Shown: piece by piece, positions 53,283 to 64,000 of the stretch
How positions within the stretch are numbered: the stretch's first letter is position 1
Layout: the number at the start of each line of letters is the position of its first letter
Program-made: the position numbers and the translations under genes
The notes under the pieces: model-generated
Databases searched by the model: none
Told to the model about the DNA's origin: nothing
The model's input: only the letters and a program-made list of their open reading frames with translations
From: Octopus vulgaris
Taxonomy: Eukaryota
DNA: 64,000 nucleotides
NCBI GenBank assembly: GCA_951406725.2
Contig: OX597824.1
Span: forward strand, 31,992,001-32,056,000
Reading direction: 5' to 3'

Positions 53283-55135
53283 GTTCAGACGTGTTTTTTG
53301 GCTGCTCCGGTTGTCACGTGAATTGTTGAACTTTTGAGACTCGACTACAGGTAGGTGTTTGATGTTTTTTTAGGGGCTTAGTGAAGTTTATTGCTTTGCA
53401 TTTAATATTTTTTAGCAAGTAATAGACTCCACTTTGCTCCAGACATTTTCCTGCCTGTGGTCGAGTATAAAGACTCACTTTGCAGTGAGAATTGTGTTTT
53501 TTGAGGAGGCGTAGCCCCTCCTCAAAAATTATTTGCTTTCGAGGAGATTACCAAGGACTGTTTTCATTGGGATTTACCAGGAAGCACCAAAGACTGTTGA
53601 ATGTTTGGCCAGGAGTACCTTTTCGGCCAAAATAATTAATTCCTTTGCTGAATTTGAACTCTTCTTCCAGCTATCGTTATTTTTAAAAAAATAACTTTTT
53701 TGAACTTCTATTTTCATTTCTTCCCTTCTGTTGTGTTTTCCATTCTCCTTTTCGTGTCCTATTTTACTTTTTTGTTTGAACTGTTTTTGAACTTTACGTT
53801 ATGGCAAAGGAATTCATTGTGTGGGAATTAACACCTCCCAAAAAATATTTGAAAGAGCTGGAAAGGAAGACCGTGGTGTTGAGGACATACTCGAAGTCGC
53901 TCGACACCATAGCAGTCTTCCCAAAGGCTACTATTTTAAACGAGCTGGCAGACTACATGCTAGCCGTTAAATATATCGCTCCGGGAGTTAAGTACGCAAC
54001 GGTTTGGTTGCTATTTGACTCCCCTAAAGCAGCTTGCAAATTTGCAAGCCAGCCTATCAAGGGCGAAGAGATATTGTTTCTCCCCAATTATATGGGAGAA
54101 AAACTGTTGAGAGCTTGGATCTGCGGCTTACCACCAGGCGTTGAGCCCTTGTGGATAGAGGACTCTATCCGCCGGGGCTTGGATGGTAGCAGTTCCAAGC
54201 TACTGAACGTAAAAGTGCAGCCTGCGGCTGATTGGGAGGGGTCAAAAGCTGTTTTGACCCTATGGACCCAGTCAGCCAAAAGTCTGGTTTTACCGGACTT
54301 TTTGAGGATGGCCGGGTACAGGTATCCGGTGATGCTTGAGGGACGCCCCCAAGTGTCACCTGTGCCTGGAGACCGGCCATATTAAGAAGAACTGCCCCAA
54401 GAACCAAAGCAGGATCCTGGAGCAGTTGATGTTGGAGCCTCTCCCTGCCCCCTCCCCAATGGAGGGAGAAAAACAAAGCAAGGAAGCGGTGACTTCCTCA
54501 ACAAAAAGAAGAAAAGAAACGGGACACCGCCGGCGGATTGTAACACGCAGACGGCGTCTCCCATGTCACCTCCGGCGGTTGTGTGGCCGGAGAAACAATC
54601 TGTGGTATTCTTCTACAAAGAAGGAATATTAGAAAACGAAATAGGTAAAATGAGGAGGAGAGGCCAATGGGAGGGACTTCGGTCCTGCACGGAGGATCCC
54701 GAGTGGCCTTCGCAGCTGGCTGCAGAGGTCCTGCTGGATAAAGATCTGTGCAGGATCACGAATTCTTTCCCGGAGGACTCCTTTCGAGTTATGCCTGTAT
54801 GGGGCTTGACGAAGAACGATTGCCTCAATGAAGCAAAAGGTCTGGTCGGCCGGGTAACATGAACCTGTTTTTGTATTATATTGAGAAGGAGGTTTATTGC
54901 CTCTTGTAAAATTTTTGAATTTGTAATTTGTAAAATTTGGAATTATTGTGAAATTTTGGAATTTTTGTAAAATTTTTGAAAAAAGAAAAAGAACAATGTC
55001 TTAGAGAAGCGAAAGTCGGCGGGCGCTTTCGTCTTCTCCCATCACCATCTTCGTCCATCACCACCATTCATTAATATCTTTTGTCCAGCCCACAGCTACT
55101 CTGTGTACTGCCCTAGTGGCAAATTATATGAAATA
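53283..55135 (+). mobile_element. ORF1-only Tx1/L1-like non-autonomous retrotransposon inserted in a SINE A
   Basis: Splits a SINE A (head 53257-53282, remainder 55140-55487). About 520-nt T-rich 5'UTR; gag-like ORF 53801-54862 with frameshifts and EGRP-KCHLCLETGHIKKNCPK (CCHC); 3'UTR ending aaataaa; no EN or RT. Confidence 0.8.
53801..54862 (+). pseudogene. Tx1-type ORF1/gag-like protein with CCHC zinc knuckle (~350 aa, two frameshifts)
   Basis: Joined from ORFs 53801-54385, 54336-54632 and 54563-54862; first frameshift in a C-run at 54346-54350. Confidence 0.75.
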
Positions 55136-55559
55136 AAGTAGCTTGCTTACCAACCACATGGTTCCGGGTTCAGTACCACTGCATAGTACCTTGGGCAAGT
55201 GTCTTCTACTATAGCCTCGGGCCAACCAAAGCCTTGTGAGTGGATTTGGTTGACGGAAACTGAAAGAAGCCCGTCGTATGTATGTGTGTGTGTCTGTGTT
55301 TGTCCCCCCCAACATCGCTTGACAACCGATGCTGGTGTGTTTACGTCCCTGTAACTTAGCAGTTCAGCAAAAGTGACTGATAGAATAAGTACTAGGCTTA
55401 CAAAGAGTAAGTCCTGGGGTCGATTTGCTCGACTAAAGGCAGTGCTCCAGCATGGCCACAGTCAAATGACTGAAACAAGTAAAAGAGTATGACTGACCTT
55501 CAAATTGGAATTCATAAGAAAACATAATAATAGCATGTGAAAGCAAAATGCTTTCAATT

Positions 55560-55782
55560 CTTATTTCTTTATTGCCCACAAGGGGCTAAACATAGAGGGG
55601 ACAGACAAAGGGATTAAGTCGACTACATCAACCCCAGTGCGTAACTGTTACTTAATTTATCGACCCCGAAAGAATGAAAGGCAAAGTCGACCTTGGCAAA
55701 ATTTGAACTCAGAACATAGCGGCAGACGAAATACCGCTAAGCATTTCGCCCGACATGCTAACGATTTTGCCAGCTCACCACC
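55560..55782 (-). mobile_element. SINE family B
   Basis: Full-length homology. Confidence 0.85.
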
Positions 55783-56313
55783 TTGCTTTCAATTTCGGCG
55801 GTATGCAAGCAGCCCTCAAAAAACTTTCTATGATTAAAGTGGCCCGCAATGTAATTCGAGTTGGCTGGCCAGGCTTGCTCTAAGATGTTTATAATATTAC
55901 TGAACATCTGTTTCTGATGACAAGACAATATGTGACTTGACCAAAGAGTATGGCCTTTTTGGCTAATGGTCCATTGACTTCATCATCCTCACCTTTGCTA
56001 ACATCAACAAGAACTTCATCTGCTATTTCTTCTGTTAATACTTGGTATCCAAGGTCATTCCTATGATTTCCAACCAGCTTAACTAACTCCTTACCATTCT
56101 AATTACTCTATCCAATGAATGCTTATTTATTCATATTGTTTCAATTTATTCATGCATTACCTTGTACCTTCAAGATTTCGATGAGGTGATTGTTAATTTT
56201 TATAATGACATTATTGGGTAGGTGTGAGAGGCTGGCTATTGCTGGTTTAAATGCTAAATGGATAGATTTCTAAAATTACACAAAGAAACCAAACAATTTA
56301 ATCATAAATAGAA

Positions 56314-56333
56314 TTTATTCAAATACGTTTATT
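56314..56333 (-). terminator. Two AATAAA polyadenylation signals for the BAF-like gene
   Basis: tttatt at 56314-56319 and 56328-56333 on the + strand, about 50-65 nt past the stop. Confidence 0.55.
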
Positions 56334-56380
56334 GTATTTCTTAAAAATCTATTGTCATTTAACGAAATCTGTAAAAACAA

Positions 56381-58532
56381 TCATAGACAATGATCACAGT
56401 GCATCTTCAGCCAATTGTAGCATTGTTCACTCTGCTCTTGACTGGCATGAATACTGCTTGTGAGCCAATCTTTAAACAATTTCTCATCTTTGTTTAGAAC
56501 TAGGAATTGACCCAAAACCGTATAGGCCTGAGGAGAAAAGAAATACTAAATTAGAAAGTTTTATAATTTAGAATAAATTTTATTAACAAGAAAAAAAAAA
56601 GAAAACTAACTGATTCTCGGAGATGTACTTGCATAGCAAGTGATCTGATCTGAGATCGTGTGCTGGAACGATTCTGTTGCAGCATATTTAAATTTTGAAA
56701 TATCAGTTTCAAATTTAGGCACAAAGGCAAGGTAAGTGGGTAAGTCAATTACATCAACCTCAATGCTCAACTGATACTTGGTTTATCAACCCTGGAAAGA
56801 TGAAAGGCAAAGTTGACCTCAGCAGAATTTAAACTCAGTGTTAAGACAGATGAGAAGCTGCTCAGCATTTTGCCCTGTGCACAAACGATTCTGCCAGCTC
56901 ACTGCCTTAAATTTCCCTGAAATATCAACAGTTTACATAGCAGTTCTGATTGACACTAATTTTGATAATCAAGTGTGAGTTTGTTGCATTGCCACACTAA
57001 ATATTTTTCCTTATTCCTATACAAGATCAGACTAGTGAGCAATAAATATCATACTTAATCATCCATCATAATCATTTAACATCCCATGCTGGTATGGGTT
57101 GGACAGTTTAACAGGAGCTGGCAAGCTACAGAGCCACACCAAGCTCCAATTGTTTCTCTTGACATGGTTTCTTTGGCTGAATGATCTTCCTAACACCAAC
57201 CACTTTACAGAGTGTACTGGTGCTTTTTACATGACACCAACAGCAGTGCTTTATATGTGGCAACAGCATGGGAACTTTATACATGGCACCAGCACGAGTG
57301 CCTTTTAATGTGGCACCAGCATAGATACTTTTGCGAATTACACACCAATGAGGACAGAGGCATTTAGGTTTAGACCAAATAAGCATCTAATTTTAGAAAA
57401 GGAGATTTTCAGCTACACATTAAAATTGCTGTAAATCAGACATTATGTATAAGTTAAGTGTTGGCAAAACCAAAAAGAAAAAAAGAACACTCAGTAGCAT
57501 AGTAGAGATTAATAATATATATATGCTATTTGAACTAACAACATATGGAAGCACCAAATTTTAGTACGCAGAACACATCAAGGCCTTCTCAATCACCTAT
57601 GAATTCTAATTAAAATAGAGAACAGCAGCAAGCATGCACGTAAAAGCATCCACTACACTCTCGGAGTGGTTGGTGTTAGGAAGGGCATCCAGCTGTAGAA
57701 ACTCTGCCAGATCAGATTGGAGCCTGGTGCAGCCATCTGGTTCGCCAGTCCTCAGTCAAATCGTCCAACCCATGCTAGCATGGAAAGCGGACATTAGATG
57801 ATGATGATGAACAGCTGTATGAAGAAAATTGGTTAAAATTGAATCTTAATTGTTATTTGTTTCACATAACCTTTTTGTTACTGTATTTCTGTTGAAACGC
57901 CTTTTCTTTATTTCAATTAATTTCGAAATAACCAAAAATTTAGTAAATTAATTTGTCATCATCACGAAACTAATTTTTGAGACATGAATTAACACAAAAT
58001 TTTAACTAGAAATTTTGAGACCACTTTAGAACAGGAAGTTTGTATCTGAGAACCATGGGTAGCTTCAAGCACAGTTGGTAACAAAAAGGTTAGGAGAATT
58101 CAGTTTTTTTTTTTTTCCTTACTGTAGTCATTGAATTGTACCCAGAAAGTTTGATCATACAAATTATGAGACATAAAAATGTGTTAACCTGTTTAAACTA
58201 GACCAGTATTTAAAATTATGATAACAACAATGCTGCTGCTGGTGGTGATGATGATGAGTGCAATGAAATATATTCATGCAAAATTTAGAATTTACTCCCC
58301 ACTCACCACATACTGTCAGCAAGTAAATATGAATGAAAAAAAAAAGCTAAAAGAGAAAGAGAAGAAAATGACCTTTACTAAAAATAAAATAACATAAAAC
58401 AGAGAAAACCTTTATATATCCTTTTTCTGTAAGTTTTTTCGCAAGAGCTTTGGTAACTCCATCCAAGTGTTTGACAGACTTATTTCCTATTGGCTCACTA
58501 GCACTTCTTTTAGAACTCTGTGAAAAAGCCAT
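56381..58532 (-). CDS. Barrier-to-autointegration factor family protein (divergent, BAF/BAF-L-like), 89 aa, two coding exons
   Basis: Exons 58532-58410 (MAFSQSSKRSASEPIGNKSVKHLDGVTKALAKKLTEKGYIK) and 56527-56381 (AYTVLGQFLVLNKDEKLFKDWLTSSIHASQEQSEQCYNWLKMHCDHCL*). Phase-0 GT-AG intron. Colinear with BAF (EPxGxK, KAYxVLGQFLVLxKDExLFxxWL, C-terminal CxxxLxxxCD) and the same length as human BAF. An acceptor (tttttag) 9 nt upstream of the ATG implies a 5'UTR exon further upstream. Confidence 0.9.
57635..57809 (+). mobile_element. SINE family C (BAF-like intron)
   Basis: Homology and (gat)n tail. Confidence 0.8.
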
Positions 58533-58699
58533 GACTTAGACCTAAAAAGAATGAGAATTAAATAACAGAGAAATCCTGGAAAATATTGTTTATTCCAAAA
58601 TAAGCACCAATTTTGGTATTTATATATTCAAATAATGAGAAATATCACAAATTAACTGCTTGTTATTGTTTTGTTTCATTCATTAATTTTTGGTAAAGT

Positions 58700-58862
58700 A
58701 CTTGGCTGGTACTCTATTTTATCAACCCTGAAAGGATGAAGGGTAAATTTGACCATAGCAGAATTTGAATTCAGAACAGAAGGAGTAAGAAGAAATGCCA
58801 CTAAGCATTTAGCCTGATACCCTAACGATTCTGCCAGCTCACTGCTTTTCTACTACTACTAC

Positions 58863-58896
<34 letters not shown>

Positions 58897-59280
58897 CCTT
58901 TCTACTGTAGGCACATGGCCTGAAATTTTGGGGGAGGGGTAAGTCAATCACATCAACCCCAGTACTTGATTGGTATTCAATTTATCAAACCTGAAAGGAT
59001 GAAAGCCAAAGTCGACCTTGGCAAAATTTGAACTCAGAACGTAGTGACAGGTGAAATACCTATTTCTTTATTACCCACAAGGGGCTAAACATAGAGGGGA
59101 CAGACATAGGTATTAAGTCGATTATATCGACCCCAGTGCGTAACTGGTACTTAATTTATCGACCCCGAAAGGATGAAAGGCAAAGTTGACCTCGGCGGAA
59201 TTTGAACTCAGAACGTAGTGACAGGTGAAATACTGCTAAGCATTTCATTCAGCGTGCTAATGATTCTGCCAGCTTACTGC
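58700..59280 (-). mobile_element. Cluster of three SINE B copies or fragments
   Basis: Repeated gaaaggatgaaag..gaatttgaactcagaac modules. Confidence 0.8.
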
Positions 59281-59547
59281 CTTACTTACTACTGCAGCTA
59301 CTACTACCACCACCACCATCATCATAATATAACGTCCACTTTTCCATGCTTGCATCAGTCAGACAGAATTCATTTAAATATATTTTCTACAACCAGATAC
59401 TTTTTCCATCATCATCCCTCACCTGTTTCCAAATAAGGTTATATTTTCTCCAAGGTCAGACACGTTTTCCATTGGAAACTGGAAATGAATGGTTTCACCT
59501 GTATCATAATAATGCTCATTTACAACTACCGTATGATGTCAAGACAA

Positions 59548-59584
<37 letters not shown>

Positions 59585-59911
59585 AGAAATTAAAATGACA
59601 AAGGAAGAGAAATTATGTCATGAACTTCATTTAGCTTACACCTGTTCCTGCCCCTCATTCTCCTGAATTCATTTCCTACATATTCTTTTACTTGTTTCAG
59701 CCATTTGACTGTGGCTATGCTGTTGCACCGCCTTAAAGGATTTTAGTCGCAGAAATTGCACCCAGGACTTATTCTTTGTAAGCCTAGTACTTATTCTATC
59801 GGTCTCTTTTGCTGAACCACCAAATTACGTGAACGTAAACACACCAACATCAGTTGTCAAGCAATGGGGTGGGGGCAAACACAGACAACCATGCATAAAT
59901 ATATATATATA

Positions 59912-60297
59912 CTAGCAGAATCGCCCGGCGTTGCTCAGGTTTGTAAGGGAAATAACTATAAAGCATTTTTAGAGAGTTATAGCCAAAAAATAGCAAAAAA
60001 ATGGAAAAAAAATGATGGTAAATTTTTTCTGGAGAGTTAAAAAAGGTCGAGTTGCGTCCCCTAGACAGTTTGTGGTTTGTGTTTCTGATTCTCGACCCCA
60101 TGTCGAATTTATCGTTTTTTTTCAGAACTGGGGTAACTTTTCAAAATTTTCGCTGCGTTAGTTTTGAATTATGACATTGGGCTATGTGTGTGTCAAGTTT
60201 CATCAGAATCGGTTGAAAGCCGTGGTCAGGGTGAGGGTACAACCAAACAGACACACAGAAACACACACAGACAAACTGCCGTTTATATAGAGAGAGA
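59912..60297 (-). mobile_element. Non-autonomous Helitron (same termini as 15016/20721, different interior)
   Basis: ctagcagaatcgcccggcgttgctc at the left end; tttatatagagaga at the right end. Confidence 0.78.
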
Positions 60298-60623
60298 TAT
60301 ATAAAGTTAATCCAAACAAAAAAACACAGAAAAAAAGAGAAAAAAACACAGCAACGCAGGACGTGGAACAATTAAAGTATTATTGACGCTCAGGAAAGAA
60401 GGGAAGGAGGGTTTAACGTTTCGAGCTGTGCACTGAGTCAATCCCACTCACTAAGCAACAGCAGCCATAATCCGAAAAGAACAAGTCGACATCCTCAGTA
60501 ACCATGAGCTGCAGGTTTTATATCGGAGTTATCCCATTTACCTGAGTTACCTTCTCCTAGAAGGATGCCCTAACAGGCTATTAGTATTGCTATGCCTAAC
60601 TGAAATAATAAAATACATAAATA

Positions 60624-61866
60624 CGAAGGTGAGCTGAAAAGTTCATAGGTTGATTATGAAGGAGTGATGCTAGAGCTGTGAAATCTTGCATGAATTAATT
60701 TCAACTCTTCTTATTAATAAATGCATGCTTTCTTTCCAGGTAAATTGACATCTGACTATTCAAAGAAGACTTCAAAAGTAACTAGTAGTGACTTCTCTTG
60801 AAAATGGACAAAATTTAGCATTGCAGTGTGATCAAGTAACTGCAGAAAAAGGGTTTAGCCCTCAAGGACATTCATGCTGACATGGTTGCTATATTAGGAG
60901 ATGATGCTCCTGCTTTATCAACAGAGTCAAAGTAAGTAGCTGAATTCAAGAGGGGAAGGGGGAATCTTGAAAATGACCCATGATCTGGATGTCCTGCAAC
61001 AGCCACCACTGAGGAAAACATTGTGTTCACCACATAGATGACAAGAAACTGACAATAGACTAAACAGCCAATGCTTTTAGCATATCCCACAAGAGAGTTG
61101 AGAATATTCTGCTCAATGAACCTAGCATGACAAAGGTTTCTGCTTCGTGGGTACCACCTCTGACACCTGATCAAAAGTGCAACAAGTAGATCACATCACA
61201 GGAAAATCTGATAGCTGAGGCAGATCCACCTGGTTTTCTTGAACATTTCCTAACCCAGGATGAGTGTTGGTTTCATCACTTTCAGCCAGAGACAAAGAGA
61301 CAATCAATGCAATGGAAACACCCCTTCTCACCTGCTCCAAAGAATACCAAGATCATTTCATTTGCAGGGAAGGGGATGGCCTCAGTTTTTGGGGCTGCAA
61401 AAAACATTGCGTTCATTCACTATCTTTAAAAGGGCCACACCATCAATGCTGAGGCCTTTATGAAAGGCTATCAGGACCAAATTCTTAGGAAAACTGAAGA
61501 AAGTAGTCTTGTTTCATCAAGACAATGCTCCAGCACACAAGTCCTTTGTTTCAGAGGCTGCCGTGTATACTGTGGCTTTGAACTGGTTGATCACCCTCCC
61601 TATTCTTCAGATTTGGCCCCATCTGACTATTGTCTGTTCCCAAAATGAAAAGACATGGCTGAGAACCAGTATTGCAATGATGATGACGTTATATCTTCTG
61701 TTGAAGACGTTTTTGACCAACAGGATGAAAGCTTCTTCATCAATGGGATCCAACCACTGCAACACCAATAGAAGAAGTGTGTGGACCACAAGGAGAAGGG
61801 GCTATGTTGAAAAATAAACCTCATTTGTTCACATTCCATGAGAGTGTCTTAGTTAGCCAACCCCCA
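60624..61866 (+). mobile_element. Decayed mariner transposon
   Basis: TA|cgaaggtgagctgaaaagttc TIR; remnants DIHADMV..GDDAP, WVP, TQDECWFHH, FHQDNAPAH, HPPYSSDLAPSDYCLFP. Confidence 0.88.
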
Positions 61867-61872
61867 TATATA

Positions 61873-61929
<57 letters not shown>

Positions 61930-62010
61930 ATAAGATCGTTAATTTAAATTAAATATCGATCTTATCAAGTGGCCAGCATGGAAATAAAAACCTTCAAAGG
62001 TAATAATTAT

Positions 62011-62482
62011 TATTAAAATTATAATTTAGGGTATCTACGAGATGCCGCCATGCTGAAAATAGCAGCCAAAATCTGACTCTAAAACCACCTTAAATGTACA
62101 AACAGCACAAGGAGAGAAGACAAAATGACAAAATAAACTAGCAAAAAATTACTGGATAATGACTTCTCTCCTTGTGCTGTATGAACATTTAAGGTGGTTT
62201 TAGTGTCAGATTTTGGCTGCTATTTTCAGCATGGCAGTATCTCGTAGATACCCTAAATTATAATTTTAATATATATATTATCAGAAATGTATAGCATTAA
62301 ATATCCATCACGGCTGGTCTTATCAATCGGTTTTGCGTAAAGAATATATTCCCTTCCATATTGGCTAACTCTGATGAGCATAAAGTTATATAATCAGTTT
62401 GTTACCTAATACTCCATTGTATTCTTTACGTAAAACCAATTGATAAGAGCAGCCGTGATGAATATTTAATACTATATATTTC
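62011..62482. repeat. Two adjacent long inverted repeats (Penelope-like remnants)
   Basis: 62011-62120 inverted at 62160-62271; 62284-62345 inverted at 62420-62482. Confidence 0.8.
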
Positions 62483-64000
62483 GGAAAACATACCCACTCT
62501 ACTGACAGATACACGAGTGCATCTTTTCTCCGACTTATGGTCTCTTAGACGACTCACACACACACACACACGATGGGCTTCGCCTACGAAATCCACTCAG
62601 AAAGCTTTGGTGGGATCGGTTGAAATTTTTACAGTATAGGTAAATCTTTACACCGGGGCTACTACAGAAAACACCTGCCGGAGTGTTAGACAGTGGGACT
62701 GAACCCGGGGCAACACGGTTGGGAAGCAAGCTTCTTAACAAGCATTACAAAATAAGCACTAGAAAATCACTCATGGGAAACAGACTGTAGATGAACAATT
62801 ATAATTGGTAATTTGTAACGAGGAATATATTAGTCATTTATTAATACCAGATTTAGAAATAAGTTAAGCTTGGTATCTCCCAGTCTGTAAAGACCTTAAA
62901 ATAATTTATCAGCATGGCCTTCTTGTGTAATGTTTTAACAAATGTCCGAGTTATACATAGTTTAATAGCTCGCCAAGTCTAAATATAACACTTAAATATT
63001 TAAAACATTACACACACAGACACATACATATCCATACATATATGAATCACATGGAGAACGAATGTAGAAAATAAATAAATGATGAATATAAATCAAAGCT
63101 TAAAGATAATTTTTTTAAAAACAGGCAAGAAGCAAAATGTTCTTATAGTTGAGATTTGCATGTAAGTTTAATTCGCTTACACGTGTTTGATTCTATTATC
63201 TCCGGTTACATTATCTTATTTGACAATAGTAAAAGTTTTGTGCTAAACTTAAAGGCTTATCCTTATGGTATTTAAATAAAAAACGACAGTTTTTCCTGTG
63301 ACCTTTTCTCTCGTATTATTTTGGTTCACACAACTCATGCCCTACCCTTTTTTTCTTTTGTGGAAATATTGGATAATGAGTTAATCATTATCCGGTGAAA
63401 ATGCAGTTTAGGGGGTTAAAAAAAAGTGGAAGTACATTCATCGGAAGTGGTGACAATACCCAATTATTTCATGCAGACAGACAATCTATAATGAATGGAC
63501 AAGAACAACGCCACCACATCTCCTCGGTCCTTCCTGTGCATCTCAGTAGTTGTGCGGGATTATTGCATTGTTCTCACGTAACTGTGATGGGTATTAATGT
63601 CGTCACTTCTGGTCAATTTATTTTCCCTTTTTTGTTTTCATTTTCACTAGTTAACAAATATTGTCCCAGATACACAGTGTCTAAATTTAAGACCTGGATG
63701 GTTACATGGTAACAACTGGAAAGTGTTTGATCATAGGTCTCTTCGATTAGGGCAACTTGAGCGAACTACCACCGCTAACAACAACAACAAATTATAAATA
63801 AAATGATTTCTGATTTAGGTACAAGATCAGTAATTTCGACTTCGCTATGATTTGAACTCAGAATGTAAAGGGCCCGAAGAAATACCGCAAGAAATTTTGT
63901 CTGACGCTGTGACGATTCTGCACTATGCACCGTCCTCCCTTAGAAAACGGTCCAAAAGTGAGGCTCTGCGCTGTCGCACGATTGCTAGAAGTAGCAGCTA

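Noticed and set aside
63395-63712. 105-aa ORF on the + strand near the window end
   Set aside because: No recognisable domain or convincing splice structure.

Overview
AT-rich, repeat-dense eukaryotic DNA. The SINE repertoire and (TA)n/(CA)n load look like an octopus (cephalopod) genome; this is inferred from recognition. Two host genes lie tail-to-tail. The first is a complete 10-exon eIF4A3 (exon junction complex DEAD-box helicase; + strand, 28838-52389, 399 aa) whose motif II reads DESD instead of DEAD. The second is a divergent 89-aa barrier-to-autointegration factor homologue (- strand, 58532-56381) with BAF-L-like changes in its DNA-binding surface. The rest is mostly mobile DNA: decayed CR1-like, RTE, CRE-like and Tx1-like LINEs, a hAT transposase pseudogene, a DD36E Tc1 element, a mariner, non-autonomous Helitrons, piggyBac-like MITEs, GG..CC/8-bp-TSD MITEs, four SINE families and Penelope-like remnants carrying minimal hammerhead-ribozyme motifs. 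Best leads: (1) an ORF1-only Tx1-like retroelement inserted into a SINE, whose 3' tail resembles both a Tx1 ORF2 3' end and the commonest SINE tail; (2) tandem hammerhead-like motifs in the sense strand of eIF4A3 intron 1; (3) the BAF-L-like protein; (4) a MITE with telomere-like repeats directly upstream of eIF4A3. Most short ORFs in the supplied track are microsatellite or SINE artefacts. Repeat boundaries are approximate unless a TSD or TIR is quoted.
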